Below are positions 31,277 through 40,097 of a stretch of DNA of 64,000 bases, piece after piece (within the stretch, counting starts at the first letter, position 1; each line of letters starts with the position of its first letter). Source of the stretch: a virus; the IMG/VR virus record IMGVR_UViG_3300033994_001756, positions 32,001-96,000 of that record. One strand, written 5' to 3'. The position numbers and the translations under genes are program-made. The notes under the pieces were generated by a model, which had not been told where the DNA came from, did not search any database, and saw only the letters and a list, made by a program, of their open reading frames with translations.

Positions 31277-31296
31277 GTTATAGTTCACATACTTCA

Positions 31297-31322
31297 GGAG
31301 CCCCGAAAGGGGCTCTTTTTTT
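31297..31322 (+). terminator. Rho-independent terminator after gp23
   Basis: GAGCCCC-GAAA-GGGGCTC followed by T7; a late box CTAAATA follows at 31325-31331. Confidence 0.93.
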
Positions 31323-31344
31323 ATCTAAATAAAAATAAAAAGAT

Positions 31345-31881
31345 ATGTCAGCTAATTTTATAGCCAATTCTGCATGTCCAGCTAATTTTTTAACAGGTAT
31401 TGGTTTTCAATTTCAACTAATTAAATATCCAAAAGTATCTTTCTTTTGTCAGTCTGCAACTGTTCCTGGAATATCACTTTCTGTTGCAACCCAATCAACT
31501 AGATTTAATGCTATTCCTCATCCTGGAGATGAAATATCTTTTGATGATTTAAATATTCAATTTATAGTTGATGAAAATATGACCAACTATATTACTATGC
31601 ATAATTGGGTTAGAAAATTAGGTCATCCTTATTCTGGTGGAGATATTGCAGAACTTCCAGGAGACGATTTAGAAGATAAAACTTATAGTGATGGGGTATT
31701 GTTTGTTTTAGATTCTAACTTCAGAAAGAAATTTAAAATTGTATTTAAAGATTTGTTTCCAACTAACATTGGGGGATTGACATTCCAATCTACCGCTACT
31801 GATGTCCAATATTTTACAGTTGATGTCGGGTTCAAGTATACTATATACGATATCTACAACATTAATGACAAGAAACTATGA
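31345..31881 (+). CDS. gp3: Tail completion protein gp3
   Basis: NFLTGIGFQF, PKVSFFCQSATVPGI, FIVDENMTNY and FKDLFP motifs; synteny. Confidence 0.9.
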   Translation: MSANFIANSACPANFLTGIGFQFQLIKYPKVSFFCQSATVPGISLSVATQSTRFNAIPHPGDEISFDDLNIQFIVDENMTNYITMHNWVRKLGHPYSGGDIAELPGDDLEDKTYSDGVLFVLDSNFRKKFKIVFKDLFPTNIGGLTFQSTATDVQYFTVDVGFKYTIYDIYNINDKKL

Positions 31882-32309
31882 TTGATATTGACTTTATTAA
31901 AGATCACTGGGCTCAAGATTCCAAGATGGATGAAGACCTACTTGATCATGAATCTATTAAAATTCCACAACTTCATAGCAAGTATTTAAACTGGCTGTCT
32001 GACGTAAGACTATTTAAAATTAAAAAGGAACAAGAATATAAAAGACTGCTCAGAGAAAAGTTTGAGTATTATACTGGAAAGTCAGACGTTCAAGTATATA
32101 AAGAAAAGCCGTTTGATCTAAAAATTCTCAAACAAGATGTTCAGCTTTATATTGAAGCTGATGAAGAAATTCAGTCAGCTTTAAATAAACTAAATTATTA
32201 TAAGGAGATGATATTTTTATTAGAAAGCATTCTAAGTAATATTAGTACTAGAGGATTTCAAATCAAAAATAGCATTGACTGGCAGAAATTTATGCAAGGA
32301 AGTATTTAA
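31878..32309 (+). CDS. uvsY: Recombination mediator UvsY
   Basis: ESIKIPQLHSKY, EYYTGK and RGFQIKNSIDW motifs. Confidence 0.93.
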   Translation: MIDIDFIKDHWAQDSKMDEDLLDHESIKIPQLHSKYLNWLSDVRLFKIKKEQEYKRLLREKFEYYTGKSDVQVYKEKPFDLKILKQDVQLYIEADEEIQSALNKLNYYKEMIFLLESILSNISTRGFQIKNSIDWQKFMQGSI

Positions 32310-33781
32310 TGGCTGATGTTATTATTCAGAAGAAAAACGAAGTATATTTGACTGTAGAGTGCGAACCACATATTAAATATGAGTTAGCTGAATACTTTAC
32401 ATTTGATGTGCCCAATGCAAAATTCATGCCACAATTTAAAAACAGAATGTGGGATGGAAAAATTAGATTATTCAGTCCCCATGAAGGAAAAATTTATGTG
32501 GGACTTTATGATTATCTAACTGAATGGTTGTGTGTTAGAAAGTACACATATCTAGATCAAGACAATAAATTTTATGGCCTACCAAAAGATTCAAATCACA
32601 ACATCACTCCAGAAGGTCTTGTAGATTACATTAAATCTTTAAACATTCCATTCACAGTTAGAGATTATCAATACAAGGCAATCTACGAAGCAATCAAAAA
32701 TAATAGGAAACTATTACTATCCCCAACTGCTTCTGGTAAATCATTGATGATCTATGCTATTGTTAGATATTATATTGACAGAAATTTGAATGTACTTATT
32801 ATTACTCCTACTACATCTCTGGTAGAACAGCTATCAAAAGATTTTCAAGATTATGGTTGGGGTGAAGAAGTTCACAAAATTTATGCTGGAAAATCTAAAC
32901 ACAGCACTAATCCAGTAACTATTACTACTTGGCAATCAATCTACAAGTTGCCCAAAACTTTCTTTGAAAAATATGATGTTGTTATTGGAGATGAGGCTCA
33001 CCAGTTCAAAGCCAAGTCTCTGATTACGATTATGGAAAAACTGCATAATTGTAAGCATAGAATTGGCTTCACAGGTACTCTGGATGGGTCCAACACAAAT
33101 CAACTCGTATTAGAGGGGTTATTCGGTCCTGTTAACAAGGTTATTAAGACCAAAAAACTGATAGACAAGGGCTACCTCTCAAACCTCAAAATCAATATCC
33201 TGTTGCTTCAGCATGGAGAATCTAGCTTTGAATCATATCAAGAAGAACTAGATTATATTTGTAGATCTGAAAAGAGAAACAACTATATCAAAAAATTAGC
33301 TATCAATCAAGAGGGTAATACTTTGATATTATTTGCTATGGTAGAAAAACATGGCAAGATACTTCACGAAATAATAAATAGTGATGTAGGCCATGAGCGA
33401 AAAGTATTTTTCGTATATGGTGGAGTTGATACTGAAGAAAGAGAATTAATCAGAAAACTAACAGAAGAAGAGTCTAATGCTATCATCATTGCTTCTTACG
33501 GCACTTTTTCTACTGGTATTAACATTAGAAATCTGCATAATGTTATCTTTGCTTCCCCTAGTAAATCAAGAATCAGAAACCTCCAATCAATCGGAAGAGT
33601 ATTGAGAAAAGGAGACAATAAATCAAAAGCAAAGCTATTTGATATTGCAGATGATTTCTCCAAAGGAGATAAAAAGAATTATACCTTAAATCACTTAGTA
33701 GAAAGAATTAAAACTTACTCAGAAGAAAACTTTGAGTACGAGATAATTCCAGTAAATTTTAAAAGGAAGGAACATGACTGA
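32309..33781 (+). CDS. uvsW: SF2 helicase UvsW
   Basis: SPTASGKS, DEAH, GFTGT and QSIGRVLR motifs. Confidence 0.97.
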   Translation: MADVIIQKKNEVYLTVECEPHIKYELAEYFTFDVPNAKFMPQFKNRMWDGKIRLFSPHEGKIYVGLYDYLTEWLCVRKYTYLDQDNKFYGLPKDSNHNITPEGLVDYIKSLNIPFTVRDYQYKAIYEAIKNNRKLLLSPTASGKSLMIYAIVRYYIDRNLNVLIITPTTSLVEQLSKDFQDYGWGEEVHKIYAGKSKHSTNPVTITTWQSIYKLPKTFFEKYDVVIGDEAHQFKAKSLITIMEKLHNCKHRIGFTGTLDGSNTNQLVLEGLFGPVNKVIKTKKLIDKGYLSNLKINILLLQHGESSFESYQEELDYICRSEKRNNYIKKLAINQEGNTLILFAMVEKHGKILHEIINSDVGHERKVFFVYGGVDTEERELIRKLTEEESNAIIIASYGTFSTGINIRNLHNVIFASPSKSRIRNLQSIGRVLRKGDNKSKAKLFDIADDFSKGDKKNYTLNHLVERIKTYSEENFEYEIIPVNFKRKEHD

Positions 33782-34172
33782 ATTTTATGGAATAATTAAA
33801 TTAATTGACGGAGCAGAGTTAGTTGGTAATGTAGTTGTATGTGAAGAGGAAGATGGATTTGTTATAGAAAATCCATTTGAAATAACTGTAGAACAAATAT
33901 CAACTCCTGCTGGAGAGATGTACAAAGTTGATATGAGACCCTGGATTAAGTTCTCCAAAGAAGATATATTTTTTATTGAAAAGAATAAAGTATTTACTGT
34001 AGGAGAAGCAGATAATAAAATATTAATTTTGTATCGTAGTACTTTAAAGAAATATCTAAATCAAGATAACAACAATAAGGTATCACTAGATAAAGAACTA
34101 GGATTCAAGAATAAGATTGAAGAAGCAAGGAAGCTTCTAGAAAAATCATTTAAACTGAATATAGACTCTTAA
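33774..34172 (+). CDS. Conserved hypothetical protein (Sm-like fold likely)
   Basis: IIKLIDGAELVG...ENP...MRPW pattern; usual position between uvsW and gp55. Confidence 0.7.
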   Translation: MTEFYGIIKLIDGAELVGNVVVCEEEDGFVIENPFEITVEQISTPAGEMYKVDMRPWIKFSKEDIFFIEKNKVFTVGEADNKILILYRSTLKKYLNQDNNNKVSLDKELGFKNKIEEARKLLEKSFKLNIDS

Positions 34173-34198
34173 AGAACTCTAAGTACTTAAAGTAAAGT

Positions 34199-34246
34199 TC
34201 TGAACCCTGACAGAGTTATTATACACACTTTCAGCAGTCTTGTCAA
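34199..34246 (-). promoter_or_regulatory. Sigma70-type promoter plus 27-nt repeated block, copy 1 (no ORF downstream)
   Basis: Minus strand reads TTGACA (34246-34241) -N17- TATAAT (34223-34218) then AACTCTGTCAGGGTTCAGA. Bases 34199-34225 are the exact reverse complement of 63253-63279. Confidence 0.85.
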
Positions 34247-34263
34247 CCCCCCCCCCTCTCCTC

Positions 34264-34292
34264 TTGACAAGATGCTAGGAATGTGTTACGCT
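34264..34292 (+). promoter_or_regulatory. Sigma70-type promoter for gp55
   Basis: TTGACA-N17-TACGCT with an extended -10 TG; back-to-back with the minus-strand promoter across a C10 run. Confidence 0.75.
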
Positions 34293-34318
34293 TAGTACAC
34301 TTGAAATAAAAACCTTGA

Positions 34319-34789
34319 ATGAAGAAAAAAGAACATTACGTAAATAACAAAGATTTTCTTGATGCTTTGATGGTTTACCGAAAGGAAGTTAAACTATCTA
34401 AAGAAGAAGGTAGAGACAAACCAAAGGTCCCAAACTATATTGGTGAATGCTTTTTAAAGATTGCTACTCACCTATCATATCGACCTAACTTTGTTAATTA
34501 CATGTTCAAGGATGATATGATTTGTGATGGCATTGAAAACTGCCTTCAGTATATTGATAACTTTGATCCAGAAAAGTCTACTAATCCTTTTGCATACTTC
34601 ACTCAGATTATCTACTTTGCATTCCTTCGTCGTATTCAAAAAGAAAAGAAGCAATTAGAAATTAAAACTAAACTTCTAGAACGATCTGGGTTTGATGAAG
34701 TATTTGCTGCAGATAGCAGTATCATGGGATATAATATGTCAGACATGAATAGCATTAAGGAAAACTTGGAGTATCGCAACAACCGATGA
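34319..34789 (+). CDS. gp55: Late-transcription sigma factor gp55
   Basis: HYVNNKDF, YIGECFLKIA, PNFVNY and NPFAYFTQIIYFAFLRRI motifs. Confidence 0.97.
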   Translation: MKKKEHYVNNKDFLDALMVYRKEVKLSKEEGRDKPKVPNYIGECFLKIATHLSYRPNFVNYMFKDDMICDGIENCLQYIDNFDPEKSTNPFAYFTQIIYFAFLRRIQKEKKQLEIKTKLLERSGFDEVFAADSSIMGYNMSDMNSIKENLEYRNNR

Positions 34790-35835
34790 ATAGTGCCATT
34801 ATTACTGATCAACATCTTGACGGAAGAAAAGGATCTCAGGCATTCTGGGACTTCTTTCTAAAGTTCTACAATGAAGTATTTTTCCCCACGCTAGAAAAGA
34901 ATAATATCAAAATTCTTTTTGATCTTGGAGATACATTTGATAACAGAAAACAAATAGATTTTCTTGCATGGGATAGGATCAAGAAAAACTATTATGATCG
35001 ACTTCAGGAGATGGGTGTTCAAATTCATATGATTGTGGGTAACCACACTGCATACTATAAGAACACTAACAGAGTAAATACTCCAACTCTTCTTCTTGAT
35101 TGCTATGATAATATTACAATTTATGATGAAATTTGTGATATTGATGTTTTAGGAAACACCATTACAATGATTCCCTGGATTAACTCTGAGAATCAATTCA
35201 AAGTGATGAATCACCTAGAGAATACAAAATCAGAAGTATTGATGGGTCATTTGGAAATCAATGGATTTGAAGCTCACCCAGGACATATGTTTGAAGGTGG
35301 ATTAGACAGAGACATCTTTTCTAAATTTAAACGAGTTTATTCTGGGCATTTTCATCACAAATCAAGAAGTGATAACATCTATTATCTTGGCAATCCATAT
35401 GAAATGACATGGAGTGATTACAATGAAGAACGTGGGTTCCATCTTTATGATTTAGATTCCAGGAAACTTGAATTCATTCGTAATCCATTTAGAATGTTCA
35501 AGAAGTTTTATTATGATGATGCGAAGAATGATTATACCAAAGCAGATCTATCAGAATATGCCGATAGCTACGTTAAAGTTATCGTAGAAAATAAAAATGA
35601 CTTATATACCTTCGATAAAGTAATTGAGAAATTCTATACTATTGGAGTTCATGATCTAAAAATTATTGAAGATACTCAAGTATTTTCTGATCAAGATGAT
35701 CAAGAAGTTACTGAACATGAAGATACCCTAACCACTTTGCAGAGATATATAGAAGATATGAAAAATAATTATGATAAATCTCAATTGAAATCTATCATAA
35801 AATCTATTTACCTGGAAGCTTCTGAAATTCAGTAA
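34786..35835 (+). CDS. gp47: Recombination endonuclease subunit gp47 (Mre11/SbcD-like)
   Basis: TDQH, LGDTFD, GNH, MGH and SGHFH phosphoesterase motifs. Confidence 0.96.
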   Translation: MNSAIITDQHLDGRKGSQAFWDFFLKFYNEVFFPTLEKNNIKILFDLGDTFDNRKQIDFLAWDRIKKNYYDRLQEMGVQIHMIVGNHTAYYKNTNRVNTPTLLLDCYDNITIYDEICDIDVLGNTITMIPWINSENQFKVMNHLENTKSEVLMGHLEINGFEAHPGHMFEGGLDRDIFSKFKRVYSGHFHHKSRSDNIYYLGNPYEMTWSDYNEERGFHLYDLDSRKLEFIRNPFRMFKKFYYDDAKNDYTKADLSEYADSYVKVIVENKNDLYTFDKVIEKFYTIGVHDLKIIEDTQVFSDQDDQEVTEHEDTLTTLQRYIEDMKNNYDKSQLKSIIKSIYLEASEIQ

Positions 35836-36110
35836 TGTACATACTAACTCTCAAAGACAAAAAGGAAGAAGGTGCATACGCAGTAGAAACTTCTGACGGA
35901 AGTAAAGTTTTACAAATGTTTGTTGACGAAGACGATGCACTTCGATATGTTGGTCTTTTAGAAGCAGACGGATTCCCTGAATTACAATTAGTTGAGATCG
36001 AGGAAGAAGATGCCGTGACTGCTTGTGAGAGTTTTGGATATAATTACTGTGTTATAACCCCTGATGATTTTGTAATTCCTCCTGATACCATTTCCTATGA
36101 TTTTATTTAA
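35835..36110 (+). CDS. Conserved hypothetical protein (DUF3110-like)
   Basis: EGAYAV, F.DEDDA.RY..LLEA and ITPDDFVIPP motifs typical of the cyanobacterial/cyanophage family. Confidence 0.75.
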   Translation: MYILTLKDKKEEGAYAVETSDGSKVLQMFVDEDDALRYVGLLEADGFPELQLVEIEEEDAVTACESFGYNYCVITPDDFVIPPDTISYDFI

Positions 36111-37809
36111 GACTGTAACATACTCTAATTTTCTTGCAGTTGGTAATACTCCGATCACTGTCAATCTAAATGATTCCAATACTACACTCATAATTGGATC
36201 TAACGGTGCTGGTAAAAGTACAGTCATTGAGGCAATCATATTTGCACTGTTCAACAAGTCCTTTCGCAAGGTCAATAAAAACCAGTTAATTAACTCTATA
36301 AATGAGAAGGACTGTAAAGTAGACCTAGAGTTCAATATAGGATCAAAAGAATACCGTATTATTCGTGGACTGAAACCAAACATCTTTGAGATTTGGATTG
36401 ATGGTAAACTTCTAGATCAAGTTGCGGCTGCCTCCGATCAGCAAAAGTATCTGGAGCAAAACATCCTAAAGCTAAATTACAAATCATTTACTCAGATTGT
36501 AATTTTGGGATCCAGCACCTTTGTTCCTTTCATGCAACTTCCTGCAGCGCATCGTAGAGAAATTATTGAAGATCTTCTAGACATTCGTATCTTCTCGACA
36601 ATGAATGTCATTCTAAAAGATCGAATTAAAACCAATAATGATAACATCAAAACTTTTGAGACTGAGATTCAGTTTTTAAAAGAAAAGGTTGGAATGCAAA
36701 AGGATCACATTGATTATATTACCAGTCAGTCTCAGAAAAATATTGATGATAAAAAATCTCAAATACTAGATTACGAAGTGCAAATTAAAGATTGCAATGA
36801 GACCTACGATAAACTTTGCCAAGAGCTAGAAGTAAAACAGCAAGAACTCTCATCCCTTCCAAAAATTAATATCAAAGATCTAGAAAAATATAAGACTAAA
36901 TTCTCAACTAAACTATCTGATTATACTACCAATATCCAGTTTTATAATGAGAATGATGTATGCCCAACTTGTCAGCAAGATTTGACAGAAGAAGTTAAGA
37001 AAACTCATATCTCAAAATGCAACACTGAGATTGAAAAACTTGAATCTGCAATTCAAGAAGTCGAAACCAAGATTAAAGAATCTCAAATTATTATTGATAA
37101 ATCTCAAGAGATCTTGACAGATATAAATGATTTAAATGTAAAGATTGCTTCTCAAAATTACAACTGCAAAAGTCTTCAGAAGTTTATTGATGCATTAAAT
37201 GATGAAATTCAAAAAATCAATGAAACCGACAAAGACATTGCAACTGAAAAGCAAAAGCTAACCACACTTGCTTCTGAGGGAGTAGTATTAAAGAAGCAAG
37301 TGGACAAGATGAAGAATAATAAAACCTATTATGAAATTGTCTCAACTTTATTGAAAGATACTGGAATTAAATCCAAGATCATCAAGAAATATCTACCAGT
37401 GATGAATCAACTCATTAACAAGTATCTTCAGTTGATGGACTTCTATGTAAACTTCAATCTCGATGAGAACTTTGAAGAAACTATCAAATCTAGATTTAGG
37501 GATGAATTTAGTTACACTTCATTCTCAGAAGGCGAGAAAATGAGAATTGACTTAGCCTTGATGTTTACATGGAGGGCAGTTGCTAAACTAAAGAATTCAG
37601 CAAGCACAAATTTACTTATCCTAGACGAAGTGTTTGATAGTTCTCTAGATACATCTGGCACTGAAGATTTTCTAAAGATACTTCGTGGAATTGATAGTGA
37701 TACAAATGTATTTGTAATCTCTCATAAAGGTGACATGCTACATGATAAGTTTGAGAAAGTTCTTCAATTTGAAAAAGTCAAGAATTTCAGTAAAGTAAAA
37801 GAGCTATAA
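36097..37809 (+). CDS. gp46: Recombination ATPase gp46 (Rad50/SbcC-like)
   Basis: GSNGAGKST, CPTC zinc hook, FSEGEKMRID signature and LILDEVFD. Confidence 0.97.
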   Translation: MILFKTVTYSNFLAVGNTPITVNLNDSNTTLIIGSNGAGKSTVIEAIIFALFNKSFRKVNKNQLINSINEKDCKVDLEFNIGSKEYRIIRGLKPNIFEIWIDGKLLDQVAAASDQQKYLEQNILKLNYKSFTQIVILGSSTFVPFMQLPAAHRREIIEDLLDIRIFSTMNVILKDRIKTNNDNIKTFETEIQFLKEKVGMQKDHIDYITSQSQKNIDDKKSQILDYEVQIKDCNETYDKLCQELEVKQQELSSLPKINIKDLEKYKTKFSTKLSDYTTNIQFYNENDVCPTCQQDLTEEVKKTHISKCNTEIEKLESAIQEVETKIKESQIIIDKSQEILTDINDLNVKIASQNYNCKSLQKFIDALNDEIQKINETDKDIATEKQKLTTLASEGVVLKKQVDKMKNNKTYYEIVSTLLKDTGIKSKIIKKYLPVMNQLINKYLQLMDFYVNFNLDENFEETIKSRFRDEFSYTSFSEGEKMRIDLALMFTWRAVAKLKNSASTNLLILDEVFDSSLDTSGTEDFLKILRGIDSDTNVFVISHKGDMLHDKFEKVLQFEKVKNFSKVKEL

Positions 37810-37831
37810 GCAATCCTTATGGTCCATCCCA

Positions 37832-37860
37832 TTGACATGGTGGGGTGGACCTGTTACTAT
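37832..37860 (+). promoter_or_regulatory. Sigma70-type promoter
   Basis: TTGACA-N17-TACTAT with TG extension; the -35 lies inside the inverted repeat 37821-37851. Confidence 0.8.
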
Positions 37861-37883
37861 ATGAGGACTGAATTGAGGCACCT

Positions 37884-40043
37884 ATGTCCGACATCAAACA
37901 GTCCAAGAGTATTCTTGCTAAACTTTTGGCAACAGAAAACCTTACTGTTGAACATCGTTCTGTTCCCACTGCAAGCTTCGATACTCACAATCGTGTGCTG
38001 ACTCTTCCTATTTGGGAAGGTACTTCTAACGATGTATATGACCTTCTTGTTGGTCATGAAGTTGGTCATGCCATCTATACTCCAGATCTATATGGTAGTG
38101 ATCTAAATCTTCCTCAGGGATATCTGAATGTGGTTGAGGATGCTCGCATCGAGAAGTTGATGAAGCGTAAGTATCCTGGTCTTGCTCGTTCATTTTATCG
38201 TGGATACTCAGAACTGAATGATCAGGACTTCTTTGAGATTGATTCTATTGATGTTAATGAACTGAAGTTTATTGATAAAATCAATCTCCACTTCAAACTT
38301 GGCAACGTCCATGCTGGAGTGTTTATTAACTTTACTCCAGAAGAGCAGGTATTTATTGGTAAAATTGCCAATGCAGAAACCTTTGAAGATGTAGTAAATA
38401 TTGTAAAAGAACTAGTAGAGCATACTGAAAAACAAGTTGAACTTCAACTGTCTTCTGCCACAGGAAACTCACTTGAAGGTGAAGGAGAACAGTCTGAATC
38501 TCAGGAGAATCAAAGTTCTGAAAGTAACGTAAGTGATAGTGAGAATCAGACTTCTGCTCAATCTGATTGCGATAATAAAGAAGATGCTCCTAAGGAATCT
38601 ACTCCTAAGGAATCTACTCCATCTTCTTCCAACAACTCTGGGAAGCAAGCAGATTTTACTTCTGATACAGATAAGGCATGGTCTAAAAATCAACAACAAC
38701 TTGCTAGTCTTACTGGCGACACCTACATCTATCTGACTCCACCATCTATTGATATTGATAATCATCTTCTTCCCTGGAAAGAATGTGTCAAAGATCTTCC
38801 TAAGATTTTCACAAGCATGATTGATTATGCTAATCAGTCTGGGTATAAAAGCAAAAGTTATTACAAGAGCATGTTTGATAGAGCAGAGAGTAACTATAAA
38901 AATTACAAGGATGATTGTAAGAAGTCTGTATCATATCTGATTAAAGAATTTGAAATGAAAAAGCGAGCAACTGAATACAATCGGTCTGCTACCGCTGGAA
39001 CTGGTGTTCTTGATACCAACAAAATGCATTCCTATAAGTGGAATGATGATATCTTCAAGAAGGTAACTGTAGTTCCTAAAGGTAAGTCTCATGGTCTAAT
39101 CATGTATCTTGACTGGTCTGGTTCCATGCAAGGAAACCTAGTAGGTACTATCAAGCAACTGTTCAATCTGATTCAGTTCTGCAAAAAAGTACAGATTCCC
39201 TTTGAAGTGTATTCCTTCAATGACAGGAATACCGCAAAGAATTATAATCAAATATCTCGCAGTAAGAAATTATCCGTAAAGGAAAATCAAATTTTTATCA
39301 ATAATGATTTCCTTCTTGTGAATTTGCTGAGCAGTAAAATGAATACTGCTCAACTGGATAGTCAGATGAAGAATCTCTGGAAACTTGCACATGCTCTAGA
39401 TCTGCAATCATATCTAACTACTGAGTATACTCATTATGATCTAGGTAGCACTCCTTTGAATGAATGCGTATTTGCAGCGATTGATGTGTTTGATAAATTC
39501 AAGAAAACTTATAAAGTAGATAAAGTTAACACAGTTTTCTTGACTGATGGGGAATCTAACTCAGTTGCATACAATCGTTCAACTTATGGTAATACGAACA
39601 TTGTTCATTCTGGTTGGCTAAGTGCAAATGAAATTCTATGTCTTCAGGACAAGAAAAACAAAATTACTATGATGAATATCAGTAAAAATGGAAGTATGGG
39701 AATTACCAGTGCATTTGTAGATTACTATCGTCAAATCACTGGATCAAATGCTGTAGGATTCCGACTTATTGATTTCTATGGTGCCAAGTCTTTTGTTGCT
39801 CGATATCTAAAAGATGAGTTTTCAAATTGGACTGCAGTATCTTCCGAGTGGGCAAAAACTAGGTCATTTACTGCAACTTCTTTGGGGTACAACGAACTCT
39901 ACTTTATTGAGATCGGCAATAGTACTCCCACAGACATTGCCCCTGCAATCCCAGCAAATCCGTTGACCGCATTCAAAACTCAAATGAGTAAGAAGGCTTT
40001 CAATAAGATCATCTTATCGAAATTCATCGAGCAAATCGCTTGA
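37884..40043 (+). CDS. Metallopeptidase-like plus vWA (CobT-like) protein, partner of CobS
   Basis: HEVGH (HExxH) and NVVEDARIE at the N-terminus; acidic S/E linker; MIDAS motifs DWSGSM, STP and LTDGE. Confidence 0.85.
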   Translation: MSDIKQSKSILAKLLATENLTVEHRSVPTASFDTHNRVLTLPIWEGTSNDVYDLLVGHEVGHAIYTPDLYGSDLNLPQGYLNVVEDARIEKLMKRKYPGLARSFYRGYSELNDQDFFEIDSIDVNELKFIDKINLHFKLGNVHAGVFINFTPEEQVFIGKIANAETFEDVVNIVKELVEHTEKQVELQLSSATGNSLEGEGEQSESQENQSSESNVSDSENQTSAQSDCDNKEDAPKESTPKESTPSSSNNSGKQADFTSDTDKAWSKNQQQLASLTGDTYIYLTPPSIDIDNHLLPWKECVKDLPKIFTSMIDYANQSGYKSKSYYKSMFDRAESNYKNYKDDCKKSVSYLIKEFEMKKRATEYNRSATAGTGVLDTNKMHSYKWNDDIFKKVTVVPKGKSHGLIMYLDWSGSMQGNLVGTIKQLFNLIQFCKKVQIPFEVYSFNDRNTAKNYNQISRSKKLSVKENQIFINNDFLLVNLLSSKMNTAQLDSQMKNLWKLAHALDLQSYLTTEYTHYDLGSTPLNECVFAAIDVFDKFKKTYKVDKVNTVFLTDGESNSVAYNRSTYGNTNIVHSGWLSANEILCLQDKKNKITMMNISKNGSMGITSAFVDYYRQITGSNAVGFRLIDFYGAKSFVARYLKDEFSNWTAVSSEWAKTRSFTATSLGYNELYFIEIGNSTPTDIAPAIPANPLTAFKTQMSKKAFNKIILSKFIEQIA
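38587..38620 (+). repeat. 15-nt tandem duplication (CTCCTAAGGAATCTA x2) in the linker
   Basis: Read directly; encodes PKEST twice. Confidence 0.9.
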
Positions 40044-40068
40044 CACCCCACTCCTTTTGCCCTATACT
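40040..40068 (+). promoter_or_regulatory. Sigma70-type promoter for cobS
   Basis: TTGACA-N17-TATACT; the -35 overlaps the upstream TGA stop. Confidence 0.85.
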
Positions 40069-40097
40069 ACTTTCATACCAAACGAGGTAACTTCATT

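Noticed and set aside
37819-38001. 60-aa ORF overlapping the vWA gene start
   Set aside because: Begins upstream of the promoter, spans it, and overlaps the real gene out of frame.
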